A DNA stretch of 64,000 nucleotides from Candidatus Altimarinota bacterium (GTDB lineage Bacteria; Patescibacteriota; Gracilibacteria; 1-14-2-50-48-13), in contig JBKBWQ010000001.1 of assembly GCA_046314355.1 (NCBI GenBank), positions 992,001 to 1,056,000 on the forward strand, in the 5' to 3' direction. This document shows positions 48,617-58,915 of the stretch, one piece after another (the first letter of the stretch is position 1; each line of letters opens with the position of its first letter). The position numbers and the translations under genes are program-made. The notes under the pieces are model-generated. The model saw only the letters and a list, made by a program, of their open reading frames with translations, was not told the DNA's origin and made no database searches.

Positions 48617-51600
48617 CTATGTATCTCCATTCACTTTCTTTGCCTTTTCAATAAGAGTTGGATCAATACTTACAGTACGTTCGGATTCATATACAGCATT
48701 TACAGTAAGGGGTCCTAAGAGTGCAGTCGTCATTCCAAGTCCCATTGCGCCGTATCCACCTGCTTTTATAGCAGCTTTATTCCCATTTGCAAAGGCATAC
48801 AATTCTTCTGCTACTCTCTTCCACCCCACACGCTCAGCAACCTTAGCGATTCTTGGCCATTCATGCTGCAACTTTAATGCAAGTTTACCCATTACCCCCT
48901 CAGTCTTTGCAATTTTTTGTATTTTTGCGTACATATTTAATCCTAAACTTGCTCCACCTGTCACCGGTGCACCAACTAGAGAAACTGTATCAAGCGCAAA
49001 TCCGGCTGTTGCCCACAGTCCGCTGGCTACCTGCTCCATTCCTGTCATTTCTCTCCCTGTCACAAGCTGTTTTCCACTAACAGCGCTATAAAGACTAGAG
49101 AGTGCTCCAACATACAGCGGACAAATATCTACAGCAAACTGTGCGATATCCCATCTTGAAACTCCTGAGAATACTTCTGTAAATATTTGCTGAGGAGTTT
49201 CTTCTATCTGTCCTTTTTCAGGACTTGCAAAAGTATTATATGCAATCTTTCCTGTAGCTTCTAAGCTCTTCATTCCTACAAACAACATAGTTGCTTTCAC
49301 TCCTGAGAGAGCGATTGAATGCGGTCCAACAAGAGAAATCTTTGTCGCAAATTTCTTTCGATTATCTAATATCTTTCCAAACTCTTCAGCTAGTTCTGAT
49401 GTTTTTAGGTCTTTAGGGAGATTTTTATGCTGTTCAAATAGGAGAGCAAGAAGAGGATTTTTCTTCTGCTGCACTTTTTTGACTTCTTCTTCCACCATGG
49501 TAGAGATCTTCTTTCTCACCTCATAGCTATCCTTTACACCTCCCTCCTGTTGATGTAGTCGTACAAACTCAGCAGTTTTCTCCTGGATTATCTTTTCAGC
49601 AGCTCTTTCAAATGTATCTAACTCCTGGATAGTACTTTTCATGAGAGTAACTTTCTCAGTATGATTTGGTAGTGCATCAAACTGTTGTTTCGTTACATTT
49701 AGCTTTTGATTGTCATACGCAGTTGAAGAAGTATCGATTTTCCCCATATTTTTTGCAGTCTCTACATTTTTTGTATTCAGTTCCACTTGTTTTGCTTCTA
49801 AAGCTGTAACATCGATATTTGCTTTTTTATTTTTTCCAATTTCTTTTTGCAGCTTATGTTGTTTTGCAAGCTGGTTAATATAGTTCCGTTCTTTTTGAAT
49901 TTGCTCTTCTAATGCCGTGATGATTCTTTCCCTATTTTCAGGTGTGACATCTTTAAGATTAAGTTTTTCTAGCATTTCTTTCGCATGAGGAACAGTCTCT
50001 AGAGATTCACGAGCTGCATCATAAAAAGTGCTACTAAATAGTATCTTCATTTCAGCTTGTCGTAAGTACTGAATAGATTCGTACATTTTCGTAATATTAT
50101 TTCTGCTACTCGCAATCTTTGGATCAGTCATATTCATTTTTGATCCAGCTCTTGATGCTATTTCTCTTACTGTTTCTACATGTTTTTTACTCCAGACGCT
50201 CAGTCTATCACGAGGATTTTTTAGAATACGGTCAAATTCTCTATTCATAAGCGGTGCTAGCATATGTCGGCGCATAATTTCTTCTACTTCTATAAATCCA
50301 GTAATAGGATATGTTGCCATCTGCGTTAGTATTTTTGCTTTTGTTGCAAATTTTACCCCAGAAGGTTTACCGCCTAGAAGTCCAACAGTTACAGATTTGG
50401 CTGCTACCAATGTTGTAGTTCCTAACGCAAATACAGCAACTGGTACAGCACCATTTGCAAGATCTATAAAATACTGGGTATAGTTTGCATCTTGTCCTTT
50501 CATATAATTCCCAAAGGCTTTGAAAGCACCTAAAGTAAGATTTAAAGGACCAAAAAAGTATGTCTGGCTTGCTCCTTCAAACATCCACTCGGTTCCTATT
50601 AGAATTACTCGCCCAGTTCCACTCTTTAACTTTTCAAAGATAGTCTTTCCAAGCTCTTCTTCTGCTTCCTTAGGGCCTCTCATTGCTTTTTGCACATCTC
50701 CACCCATTTCTTTTACACGCTGCGTCATAAGGCCAAATATTTGAGTTTTTTCAATAGCTCCATACCCTGTGATGAAGTTTCTGGCTTTTTCATGTGCAGC
50801 AACCGCATCTAGAGTTGGATCCACACATATATTATACGGTCCTTCTGTCCATATCCCCTTAGCATCCTTTTTTCTAAAACGTACATATCCTTGCTCTGTA
50901 GTAATAGTACTCAAGGCATCAGCTTGCTCCAAAAGATCATGAAGATTTTCTACATCCTCTTTTTTAATTTTCTGTCCAAGTTTTTGAGTTTTTTCAACTT
51001 TCTCTAAAGCAGCTATGACAATTGCATACTTTGTATCTTCCAATAAATCCTGCTGATGTTTAAGATAATCTTTAAAGTTTCTTAAACCTAAAAGATTCTT
51101 TTCTTTCACTAGCTGCTCGGGAGAGTTAATAAGCAGATTTTCTGCAAGAATTTTTGCGAAATTTTTAGTTATGCTTTCAGGCTTTCCTAAATATTCTTCA
51201 AGTTTTTTATCTCTTGTTAAGATAGCAGTAATATCCTTCCACTCGTCCTCATCTGGAATATTATATCCTTGTTCCTGCATCCATTTTATGACATTTCCTT
51301 TCTCCTGATCAATTACTTTTTTTAGCTCTTTACTATCTTTTGGTAATAGAATTTCTTTAGAAAGAAAATATCCTGTCACACCAAATAAAGAGGTAAGACT
51401 GAGCTTATTGATAGTCAGCCAATCAAGTTTAGCTAGTTTTAATACAGGACCTGCAGAAAAGTCTAGACTGTTTTTACCTGCTGAAAAGGCTAATGCACGC
51501 AAAGAAGGAAAAACGATAAAAGCAGCAGCAGCAGTATCTGTATTTACTTTTAACCATGATCCAATAGGCGAGAGGGCCTTAGTAAGATCCTGTCCATAAT

Positions 51601-52837
51601 GTTTCAGAGCTTCAGCTGCTGGTACCTTTTCAATAGTATTATTAGAAATATTTACTGCACTTTGAGTATTTTTTGTTTCAGCAGTTGGGTTATTTACCAC
51701 TTCAGTTGTAGTGCTTTGTGTAGTTGGTAATAGTTTCATAATTGCCTCAGGTAAGCCAAATTTCTCAGCTATCTCTTTCTTTTCATCCTCAGTAAAATCA
51801 ATCTTTTTCTCCGCAAGTAACTGTGCAATACCTTTTCCTCCATCCTTTTTATATGCATTTGTAAATTCCTCTGGAGATACTTTTCCATCAAGTTTTTTGA
51901 TAAAAGTATCTGTAAGCTTATCTCCAAGCAAAGGCTTGAGTGTATTTTCCAGCACTACTTTCAAGGCTTTATCTCCAAAGAAGGAAGTCATCATTTCAAG
52001 AGGATTTTTCCCTGAAAGCATTGTAAGTCCTACAGCTCCGAGTACAGCACCTCCACCGATAAGCCATTTCCAAAATCCTCCATGTTCACTCTTCTCTTCT
52101 TTCTTGCTGCCAAAGAGTGAGGAGATGAATTTTACTGCACCATATACACCTAATCCTACTGCTGCCGTAGTCATAAGTGTACTTTTATTTTCAACTATTT
52201 TATCCCAGATACTTTTTTCAGCAGGAGGTAGCTCCACTTTCTTTTTTTGTAGAAGTGTATCATTATCTGCAATCTTTGCTTTTATGCTCACTGCTACTGC
52301 TACTCCTTTCTGTATCTGATCAATCAAAGGATTCCAATGATCAAATATAAGGCGTGCATTCTGTTTTTGTGCCTCAGTACCGCTAAGTAGATATCCATAT
52401 AGTGTCTGAAGTTTTCCATGAAGTCCTTTAGCTTTTTCAGAAAGTATATAATGCTCTTGAAGTGCAGGATCAAAGAAAAGTCCCCCAGCCTTTAGCTTGA
52501 GATCTTCAGGAGCTATAACATTGTCATTTATTGCTACAAGCTGATGAAGCAAAATAAACGTTTCCTTTTGAAATAATTCAAACTTCTTTTTTTCTTCTGG
52601 AAGTACGGGCACTTTATCAAAGGAAAGATCATCAAAATTAGATTCGATATCAACCTTTTGCTTCGTATCATTCTCTATTTCTTTACTCAGGATATCCATC
52701 TCTACTTTACTTCCAAGCGGTGCAAGCTCAGATTTTGTAGTAAGTTCCACTTGTCTCTGCGCGCTTTCCGCTTTTTGCGAAAGATCCTGATTTGGCACTT
52801 CTGCCTTATTGATATTTTTGTCCTGTTGGGAAGCCAT
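48617..52837 (-). CDS. 1406-aa membrane-associated protein with C-terminal pre-toxin-TG-like motif
   Basis: Long ORF with paired hydrophobic helices and coiled coils; VDICP..G..S...AVSGKQLVTG.EM. Confidence 0.8.
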   Translation of the reverse strand: MASQQDKNINKAEVPNQDLSQKAESAQRQVELTTKSELAPLGSKVEMDILSKEIENDTKQKVDIESNFDDLSFDKVPVLPEEKKKFELFQKETFILLHQLVAINDNVIAPEDLKLKAGGLFFDPALQEHYILSEKAKGLHGKLQTLYGYLLSGTEAQKQNARLIFDHWNPLIDQIQKGVAVAVSIKAKIADNDTLLQKKKVELPPAEKSIWDKIVENKSTLMTTAAVGLGVYGAVKFISSLFGSKKEEKSEHGGFWKWLIGGGAVLGAVGLTMLSGKNPLEMMTSFFGDKALKVVLENTLKPLLGDKLTDTFIKKLDGKVSPEEFTNAYKKDGGKGIAQLLAEKKIDFTEDEKKEIAEKFGLPEAIMKLLPTTQSTTTEVVNNPTAETKNTQSAVNISNNTIEKVPAAEALKHYGQDLTKALSPIGSWLKVNTDTAAAAFIVFPSLRALAFSAGKNSLDFSAGPVLKLAKLDWLTINKLSLTSLFGVTGYFLSKEILLPKDSKELKKVIDQEKGNVIKWMQEQGYNIPDEDEWKDITAILTRDKKLEEYLGKPESITKNFAKILAENLLINSPEQLVKEKNLLGLRNFKDYLKHQQDLLEDTKYAIVIAALEKVEKTQKLGQKIKKEDVENLHDLLEQADALSTITTEQGYVRFRKKDAKGIWTEGPYNICVDPTLDAVAAHEKARNFITGYGAIEKTQIFGLMTQRVKEMGGDVQKAMRGPKEAEEELGKTIFEKLKSGTGRVILIGTEWMFEGASQTYFFGPLNLTLGAFKAFGNYMKGQDANYTQYFIDLANGAVPVAVFALGTTTLVAAKSVTVGLLGGKPSGVKFATKAKILTQMATYPITGFIEVEEIMRRHMLAPLMNREFDRILKNPRDRLSVWSKKHVETVREIASRAGSKMNMTDPKIASSRNNITKMYESIQYLRQAEMKILFSSTFYDAARESLETVPHAKEMLEKLNLKDVTPENRERIITALEEQIQKERNYINQLAKQHKLQKEIGKNKKANIDVTALEAKQVELNTKNVETAKNMGKIDTSSTAYDNQKLNVTKQQFDALPNHTEKVTLMKSTIQELDTFERAAEKIIQEKTAEFVRLHQQEGGVKDSYEVRKKISTMVEEEVKKVQQKKNPLLALLFEQHKNLPKDLKTSELAEEFGKILDNRKKFATKISLVGPHSIALSGVKATMLFVGMKSLEATGKIAYNTFASPEKGQIEETPQQIFTEVFSGVSRWDIAQFAVDICPLYVGALSSLYSAVSGKQLVTGREMTGMEQVASGLWATAGFALDTVSLVGAPVTGGASLGLNMYAKIQKIAKTEGVMGKLALKLQHEWPRIAKVAERVGWKRVAEELYAFANGNKAAIKAGGYGAMGLGMTTALLGPLTVNAVYESERTVSIDPTLIEKAKKVNGDT

Positions 52838-52863
52838 GAAAAGAAAAGAGAAATTATCATAGT

Positions 52864-52893
52864 ATTATAGCACAGAAAGCCTGCTTTTCACAA
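52864..52893 (-). promoter_or_regulatory. Putative promoter of the large protein gene
   Basis: Minus strand TTGTGA-18 bp-TATAAT with extended TGn. Confidence 0.55.
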
Positions 52894-53030
52894 CTGTCCA
52901 ACTTATACATTCATACTGTCTGAAGCTTTATAAAAGACTGTTTATATCTATGTACAACACTTCCGTGTCTACTCCTTTTGCAAAAATACTCAACTACTTG
53001 CAGAATATGCATAGATATTAACCACCACTT

Positions 53031-54569
53031 ATGCCTGCTCGTATTCATTCAGTCGCTGTTGTAGGGCTTCATTCAGAAGGAGTCGAGGTAGAAGTAGACG
53101 TGTCCAGACAAATGCCGGCATTCTCTATCGTCGGACTTCCAGACACAGCTGTGCAGGAATCCAGAGAACGCGTCCGAAGTGCTACAAAAAATTCAGGAAA
53201 TGCTTTTCCAAATAAACGCATTGTTGTAAATCTTGCCCCTGCAGATGTCAGAAAGCAAGGTCCATCCTTTGATCTCCCTATTGCCATAGGTATATTGGTC
53301 GCATCAGAACAGATAGTTCAAGAAGAAGTAAATAATATTCTTTTTGCGGGAGAGTTAGCTCTCAATGGAGAGCTAAGACATATCAATGGTGCTTTATCTA
53401 TAGCGCTCTATGGAAAAAGAAAAGGGTTTAAAGCAGTAATACTGCCTATGATGAATACAAAAGAAGCAGCCCTTATAGAAGGTATTACTATCCTGGGAGC
53501 AAATAACTTAGGAGAAGTAATACAGTATCTTACAGGAGATTCTGAAGCACTCCGTCCGGTAACTTACGATTTAGAAGAACTTAAAAAAGAAGCGCTGCCT
53601 TACGTTTACCAGACAGATATGAAGGATATCCATGGTCAGCAGCAAGCAAAAAGAGCATTAGAGATAGCCGCAGCTGGAGGACATAATATTCTTTTCAACG
53701 GTCCCCCCGGATCAGGAAAGACACTGCTTGCAAAAGCACTACAGTCTATCCTCCCGCCCATGACATTAGAAGAATCTATCGACTTAACATGTATATATTC
53801 CAATGCAGGACTACTTCAAAAAAATATATCCTTAGTTTTCGAAAGACCATTTAGAAGTGTCCACCATACAGCTTCAGGTATATCCATCATTGGCGGAGGT
53901 AAATTCCCTAAACCAGGAGAGATCTCGCTTGCCCATAAAGGAGTACTATTTATGGATGAACTCGCTGAATTTCCAAAGGAAGTACTTGAACTCCTCAGAC
54001 AACCGCTGGAAGATAGAGTAATATCGGTATCCCGAGTACAAGGATCACATACCTTCCCTGCGAGCTTTATGCTCGTCGCAGCTATGAATCCATGTCCCTG
54101 CGGCTACGCCACAGATCCGGAAAAAGAATGTACCTGCAGCGAAATGCAGATAATGAAATATCAGAAGAAAATATCAGGACCTTTTATGGACCGAATTGAT
54201 ATGTTCCTGGAAGTACCCAGATTATCTTTTCAGGATCTACAGAACAAAGAATATGTGCCGGAATCCTCTGAGGCAGTACGAAAGAGAGTAGAAGCAGCTC
54301 GGATAGCACAGCAAAAGCGCTTAAAAAAACATACTCTTAAATCTTATACTACCAACGCAGAGATGAACAACGAGGCAGTACGAAAATACTGCACTCTCTC
54401 AAGTGAAGGAACAAAGCTCATAAAGAAAGCAGTTACCGAGCTCAGGCTATCCACAAGATCCTACTTCCGCTTATTAAAACTTGCGAGAACTATAGCTGAT
54501 CTTGAAGGAAATGATGTCATCGAAGTACAGCATATCGCTGAAGCACTACAGTATAGGAGAAGAGAGTAA
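53031..54569 (+). CDS. comM: ComM/YifB Mg-chelatase-like AAA+ ATPase
   Basis: VGLPD.AV.ESRERV, NLAPAD, GPPGSGKT, PGEISLAH.GVLF.DE, AMNPCPCG. Confidence 0.95.
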   Translation: MPARIHSVAVVGLHSEGVEVEVDVSRQMPAFSIVGLPDTAVQESRERVRSATKNSGNAFPNKRIVVNLAPADVRKQGPSFDLPIAIGILVASEQIVQEEVNNILFAGELALNGELRHINGALSIALYGKRKGFKAVILPMMNTKEAALIEGITILGANNLGEVIQYLTGDSEALRPVTYDLEELKKEALPYVYQTDMKDIHGQQQAKRALEIAAAGGHNILFNGPPGSGKTLLAKALQSILPPMTLEESIDLTCIYSNAGLLQKNISLVFERPFRSVHHTASGISIIGGGKFPKPGEISLAHKGVLFMDELAEFPKEVLELLRQPLEDRVISVSRVQGSHTFPASFMLVAAMNPCPCGYATDPEKECTCSEMQIMKYQKKISGPFMDRIDMFLEVPRLSFQDLQNKEYVPESSEAVRKRVEAARIAQQKRLKKHTLKSYTTNAEMNNEAVRKYCTLSSEGTKLIKKAVTELRLSTRSYFRLLKLARTIADLEGNDVIEVQHIAEALQYRRRE

Positions 54570-56387
54570 CTACTTATAGTCTACTTCATTCAAAAACCAG
54601 ATAGCATCAACTGGAGAATGTAACTTTATTCTAAATTCAGTAAGATTCCCTTCACACTCAAAAGTAATCTTATGATCAGGATCCAAATACTTATCAAATG
54701 CTTTCTCAAGAGGTCGAATAATCTTGGTCATAAAATCACTCTTACTAACGGAGTAGGCTGAAAGAGGCAGCTCTTTACTCTCTATCTGATGAGCCGGTGC
54801 TTTCATAAGAAGGGTAAGAACTTGTATTGCATATACTTGGCTAGGGAGATCGTTGGAGTTAAGTTTGTTACCATTAAGAATAATTTTCTCAGTCACCGTG
54901 TTGATAAGTACTTTTACTTTCTCTAACTCAGCTTTGTCTTCCACTAGCTTTTTCTCATGGTAGTTACTAATCCATGTGTGATTGGAATAATTTTTAAGCC
55001 AATCACTGTAATGCTTCTTCTCACGGTACATTTCTAGTTTTGCTCCTTCGGTACCAATGCCGTCGAGGAGGGAGTCGTAGTCAAGAGATACATTATGGTG
55101 TTTATGAAAATCAGCGTTTATAAAATCCTCATAAAAATAAGGGAAAGAGCTCTTTGAAATAGCGTATAATAGTTTTGCATCACCGGTAATTCCTTTTTCC
55201 TGTAAAAAATATATATTGTCCTCACTAGACAAATCTTCAAAAAATTTATTAAATGTTTTTTCAAACTTACTAAATTTATATGACAAATCATCATCGTATA
55301 TCACATTAAACATATCTCTTAGCTGTTTAAGAGCAATAATTAACTCTTTAATATTATTTGCATCAAAGTTTTCAACAAACCTTTTAATAATATTTGTTGA
55401 ATAGAAATTGATGATGGATAACTTTGATTCTAATATCTCATTTGGTTTATCAACTGAAGAGAAAAATTTATTATTTTCAAATAGTGAAGCATTATCGATA
55501 ATAAACTCATTTATGTATTTTACTTTTTTTTGAACACTGAATCCATATTCTTCATAGTGAACTTGTTTTTTAAATCCCGGATATACGATACCAAATCTAA
55601 TTAACCACTTGGCTTTTTCATTTAAGGCAGTATCGAAAGTATTTCCCCAATATTGTATTTTATCAATTAAATTATACTGTTCTTTATTTAAATAATGCGG
55701 AAACTTAGTATAAGTATCATATTCATTTATACCTATTCGTTTTTCAGTCATATACATAACAGGAAAATTTGATGACACTAAACAATTAAATACTTCACCT
55801 CCACACGCAGGCAGGGAAGTAGAATATTCTAGTAAAAGAAATATCTTCCATAATAATCTAAACACTAAATTAAATAGTGTTTCATTTTTATACGAATCAT
55901 ATTTATTAGATATTAAATCAAAAAATGATTTATCTATAATACTGAATGCCAAAAGAATACAAAGTCCTAATGATGTATATATAGGACATACATCTAACCA
56001 TTCATTTTCTGATAGAATATAGATATCAAGTCCTTCATTATTAAAGTTATCTGAGTAATTCTCTTTCAGAAAATTCGTTAATCGTTTTAATCCTTCTGGA
56101 TCTAAAAATGCATCAATCGGAGTTTCGATGATCTTTCCTCTATGCTGAGAATATGTTTTAAAAGACTTATATCTTATTTCATTAAGTCCATTTTTTCTTA
56201 CACCTACATATGTTCTTAATGGTAGTTTTTGTATTAAAGAAATACCTCCAAAATGAACAGAGAATCCTCCTGCCCAAGCAAAAAGAATTGGTGCTGAAAC
56301 TACAATATCGCATTGTGCAAAAAATTCTTCAAATTCTAATAAAAATTCTTTCTTTATCGATTCAGAATTATTTTTCAGTCGTTCCAT
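54570..56387 (-). CDS. Hypothetical protein with GHMP-kinase-like N-terminus and possible C-terminal winged helix
   Basis: VSAP..FAWAG..SV.FGG resembles the GHMP N-terminal motif; mostly low GC. Confidence 0.6.
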   Translation of the reverse strand: MERLKNNSESIKKEFLLEFEEFFAQCDIVVSAPILFAWAGGFSVHFGGISLIQKLPLRTYVGVRKNGLNEIRYKSFKTYSQHRGKIIETPIDAFLDPEGLKRLTNFLKENYSDNFNNEGLDIYILSENEWLDVCPIYTSLGLCILLAFSIIDKSFFDLISNKYDSYKNETLFNLVFRLLWKIFLLLEYSTSLPACGGEVFNCLVSSNFPVMYMTEKRIGINEYDTYTKFPHYLNKEQYNLIDKIQYWGNTFDTALNEKAKWLIRFGIVYPGFKKQVHYEEYGFSVQKKVKYINEFIIDNASLFENNKFFSSVDKPNEILESKLSIINFYSTNIIKRFVENFDANNIKELIIALKQLRDMFNVIYDDDLSYKFSKFEKTFNKFFEDLSSEDNIYFLQEKGITGDAKLLYAISKSSFPYFYEDFINADFHKHHNVSLDYDSLLDGIGTEGAKLEMYREKKHYSDWLKNYSNHTWISNYHEKKLVEDKAELEKVKVLINTVTEKIILNGNKLNSNDLPSQVYAIQVLTLLMKAPAHQIESKELPLSAYSVSKSDFMTKIIRPLEKAFDKYLDPDHKITFECEGNLTEFRIKLHSPVDAIWFLNEVDYK

Positions 56388-56536
56388 TATTTATAAGAAG
56401 CATCTATTTAATCAAAATCATACAACAAAAAACAATATTTGCAATACTATGATTATATGTAAATATATTAAATAACTTCTTTAATATACTCTGCATCAGA
56501 ATGCTAATTCAAGCTTGTTGTAAAATAATTACAACA

Positions 56537-57256
56537 CTAAAGAGTATTAACTAATTCAAAAATATATCTTTTTTGATTATTTTGAGCATGATAATCAATA
56601 AATTCTTGAGGAATAAAAGATTGTTTTTCACAAATCTCTTTTAATTGATTTTTATTTGGCAAATAAAGTAAATGTTTATTATCTTTACCCCATATAAATT
56701 CTAATACACCTAAATTATCTAATTCGATTCGAAATTTACTAGCATAATCAAGTATGGCATCCATATATTCTTCTTGAAAAGGCAAATCACCAATAATAAT
56801 TTTCTTTTTATCAAATTTATTTATTTCTGTTAATAGATACTCTAAGCCTTCTTTAGAACCTACCTCTGACAATACAGTCCAGTTCATAAAAACAAATAAT
56901 TGTTCTCCTACAAATTTATGAAAATCCGTATTAAAAAAACTTTCATGTTTTATCTCAATACTTGAATTTAATTTAAACTCATTTTTTAATTTCTCAAAAT
57001 AGCCATCTGCAATATCAATAGCTACTGAACCTTTTGGCTTAAAAAGTTTATCTAATTCGTTCACAAAACGTCCTGTTCCAGCTCCTAAGTGTAAAAAAAT
57101 ACTATTTTCAATATTATTATACTTTTTAATTTTTTCACTCATTATTTTTAATTCTTCAGAGCTATTTGTGACATTTTCTATTCTCTCTGCTAAAGCTGCT
57201 TTGTCATAAAACTCCTTCGCTCTCCTAGCCTGTTCTTCAAATCTCTCTTTCTCCAT
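56537..57256 (-). CDS. Class I SAM-dependent methyltransferase
   Basis: FYD, motif I FLHLGAGTGR, VAIDIA; very low GC. Confidence 0.85.
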   Translation of the reverse strand: MEKERFEEQARRAKEFYDKAALAERIENVTNSSEELKIMSEKIKKYNNIENSIFLHLGAGTGRFVNELDKLFKPKGSVAIDIADGYFEKLKNEFKLNSSIEIKHESFFNTDFHKFVGEQLFVFMNWTVLSEVGSKEGLEYLLTEINKFDKKKIIIGDLPFQEEYMDAILDYASKFRIELDNLGVLEFIWGKDNKHLLYLPNKNQLKEICEKQSFIPQEFIDYHAQNNQKRYIFELVNTL

Positions 57257-57338
57257 ACATCACAAAAAAATTAGTTTGATATTGTTTATACCTATTCTCT
57301 ATAAACATCAATAGAAAATGATTTTTTATTTATTCAAG

Positions 57339-58301
57339 TTATCCAATTTCTCTCAAAACTCTCACTCTGTCTTCTACTGCTGGATGGGTAGAGAAGAGAT
57401 TCTGGAATATACTAGTCCTGCTCCCATGATCGCCTAATGGATTCTCGATACACATCTGTGCCACACTTCTATTTTCTATTACTTCTATTCTCGCATCTCC
57501 AGATATCTTCTGTAATGCCGTTATAAGATGTTCACCGGTCTTTGTAAGTTCTACGGATCCTGCGTCAGCAAGGTACTCTCTCTTACGTGATATAGCGAGC
57601 TGTACGATGGTTGTGAATAAGAATCCAAGAATAAATACTACTAACTTAATAGCTAAGATAATAAGCATGGCATTTCCTCCATTTTTATTATCTGAAGAGA
57701 TATTGATATGTGAACGTAAGAATACTTCAGAAACTGTCTGAATTATGCCTACAAATATAATAGCTACTACCATTAACCTAATATCTCTATTCATAATGTG
57801 TGTCAGCTCATGAGCAGCGACTGCTTCTAATTCATCTTTGTTTAATGCATTTAATATTCCTCTTGAAAAGGATATGAGAGCATTTTTTGGGGAGAGTCCT
57901 GATGCAAAGGCATTCATGGATTCATCTTCAATAATATAGAGCTTAGGCATAGGTAGCCCTCTGGAAATACAGAGTCTCTCAACAATATCGTAAATCATCG
58001 GATTATCTTTTCTATCTAGCGGCTTCGACTGAGTCATGGCAAGTATCATTTTCTGATGAAACAGCCATGCTATGAGAAACCATACGGCAACACCGCTGAA
58101 GATATATCCTATAAATGAATACAGCATCTCCCATGCACTCATGGGTGCGGACTCAAGCGGTACTCCTTCTGCACTGACAATTCCAGTAAAGATGAGAAAT
58201 ACCAGCAAACATAAAATACATGGAAATAATGCCAGTAGAATAAGAGAGCGGATATTATTACTCCAGATAAAAGACTGGAGACCAAGTATTTTTTGAGCCA
58301 T
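57339..58301 (-). CDS. htpX: M48 zinc metalloprotease HtpX
   Basis: NAFASG, HELTH, SRKREYLAD, ALQKI, FSTHP; next to lemA. Confidence 0.93.
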   Translation of the reverse strand: MAQKILGLQSFIWSNNIRSLILLALFPCILCLLVFLIFTGIVSAEGVPLESAPMSAWEMLYSFIGYIFSGVAVWFLIAWLFHQKMILAMTQSKPLDRKDNPMIYDIVERLCISRGLPMPKLYIIEDESMNAFASGLSPKNALISFSRGILNALNKDELEAVAAHELTHIMNRDIRLMVVAIIFVGIIQTVSEVFLRSHINISSDNKNGGNAMLIILAIKLVVFILGFLFTTIVQLAISRKREYLADAGSVELTKTGEHLITALQKISGDARIEVIENRSVAQMCIENPLGDHGSRTSIFQNLFSTHPAVEDRVRVLREIG

Positions 58302-58305
58302 ATAA

Positions 58306-58857
58306 CTAGATTTTGATATCTACAGGTTGATCTATCACACTTTTTTCATCACCTACATCAAAGAATTTTTCCTCATGAAATCCAAATACTTTGCATAAAA
58401 GATTATTTGGAAAACTGCCAATAGTAGAATTATACTCTTTCGTAGCATTATTAAAAAATCTTCTTGCTGCCGCTATTTTATTTTCAATATCAGAGAGTTC
58501 CTGCTGAAGAGAGAGAAAATTCTGATTAGCTTTCAGATCAGGATACTGTTCAGCTACTGCAAAAAGTCCATGCAGACTTCCTACTAAAGCACTTTCTTTA
58601 GCAGCTTTCTCTGAGAGACTGCCTGCCTTCATTGCATCCGCTCTCAAAGAAGTGATCTTATCCAATGTATCTTTTTCATGTGCAGCATATCCTTTTACAG
58701 TCTCAACAAGATTAGGGATAAGATCATACCTCAGCTTCATCTGAACATCAATATCCGAGAACGCCTGTTTCCTATTATTTATGAGAGTAATAATACGGTT
58801 GTAAATCACTACAAATAATCCCGCGATCACTACTAGTACAACAATCAATGCATTCAT
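58306..58857 (-). CDS. lemA: LemA family protein
   Basis: YN, IDVQ...RYDLIPNLV, E.YPDLKAN, ARRFFN, FP.N; ATG at 58857. Confidence 0.95.
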   Translation of the reverse strand: MNALIVVLVVIAGLFVVIYNRIITLINNRKQAFSDIDVQMKLRYDLIPNLVETVKGYAAHEKDTLDKITSLRADAMKAGSLSEKAAKESALVGSLHGLFAVAEQYPDLKANQNFLSLQQELSDIENKIAAARRFFNNATKEYNSTIGSFPNNLLCKVFGFHEEKFFDVGDEKSVIDQPVDIKI

Positions 58858-58915
58858 ATTATTCAGCAAGAAAATGATACCATCATTGTAGGCAAGAAGA
58901 GTTTCAAATGCAATC

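Noticed and set aside
53031-54569. comM interrupted by a mobile element
   Set aside because: The ORF is full length and intact
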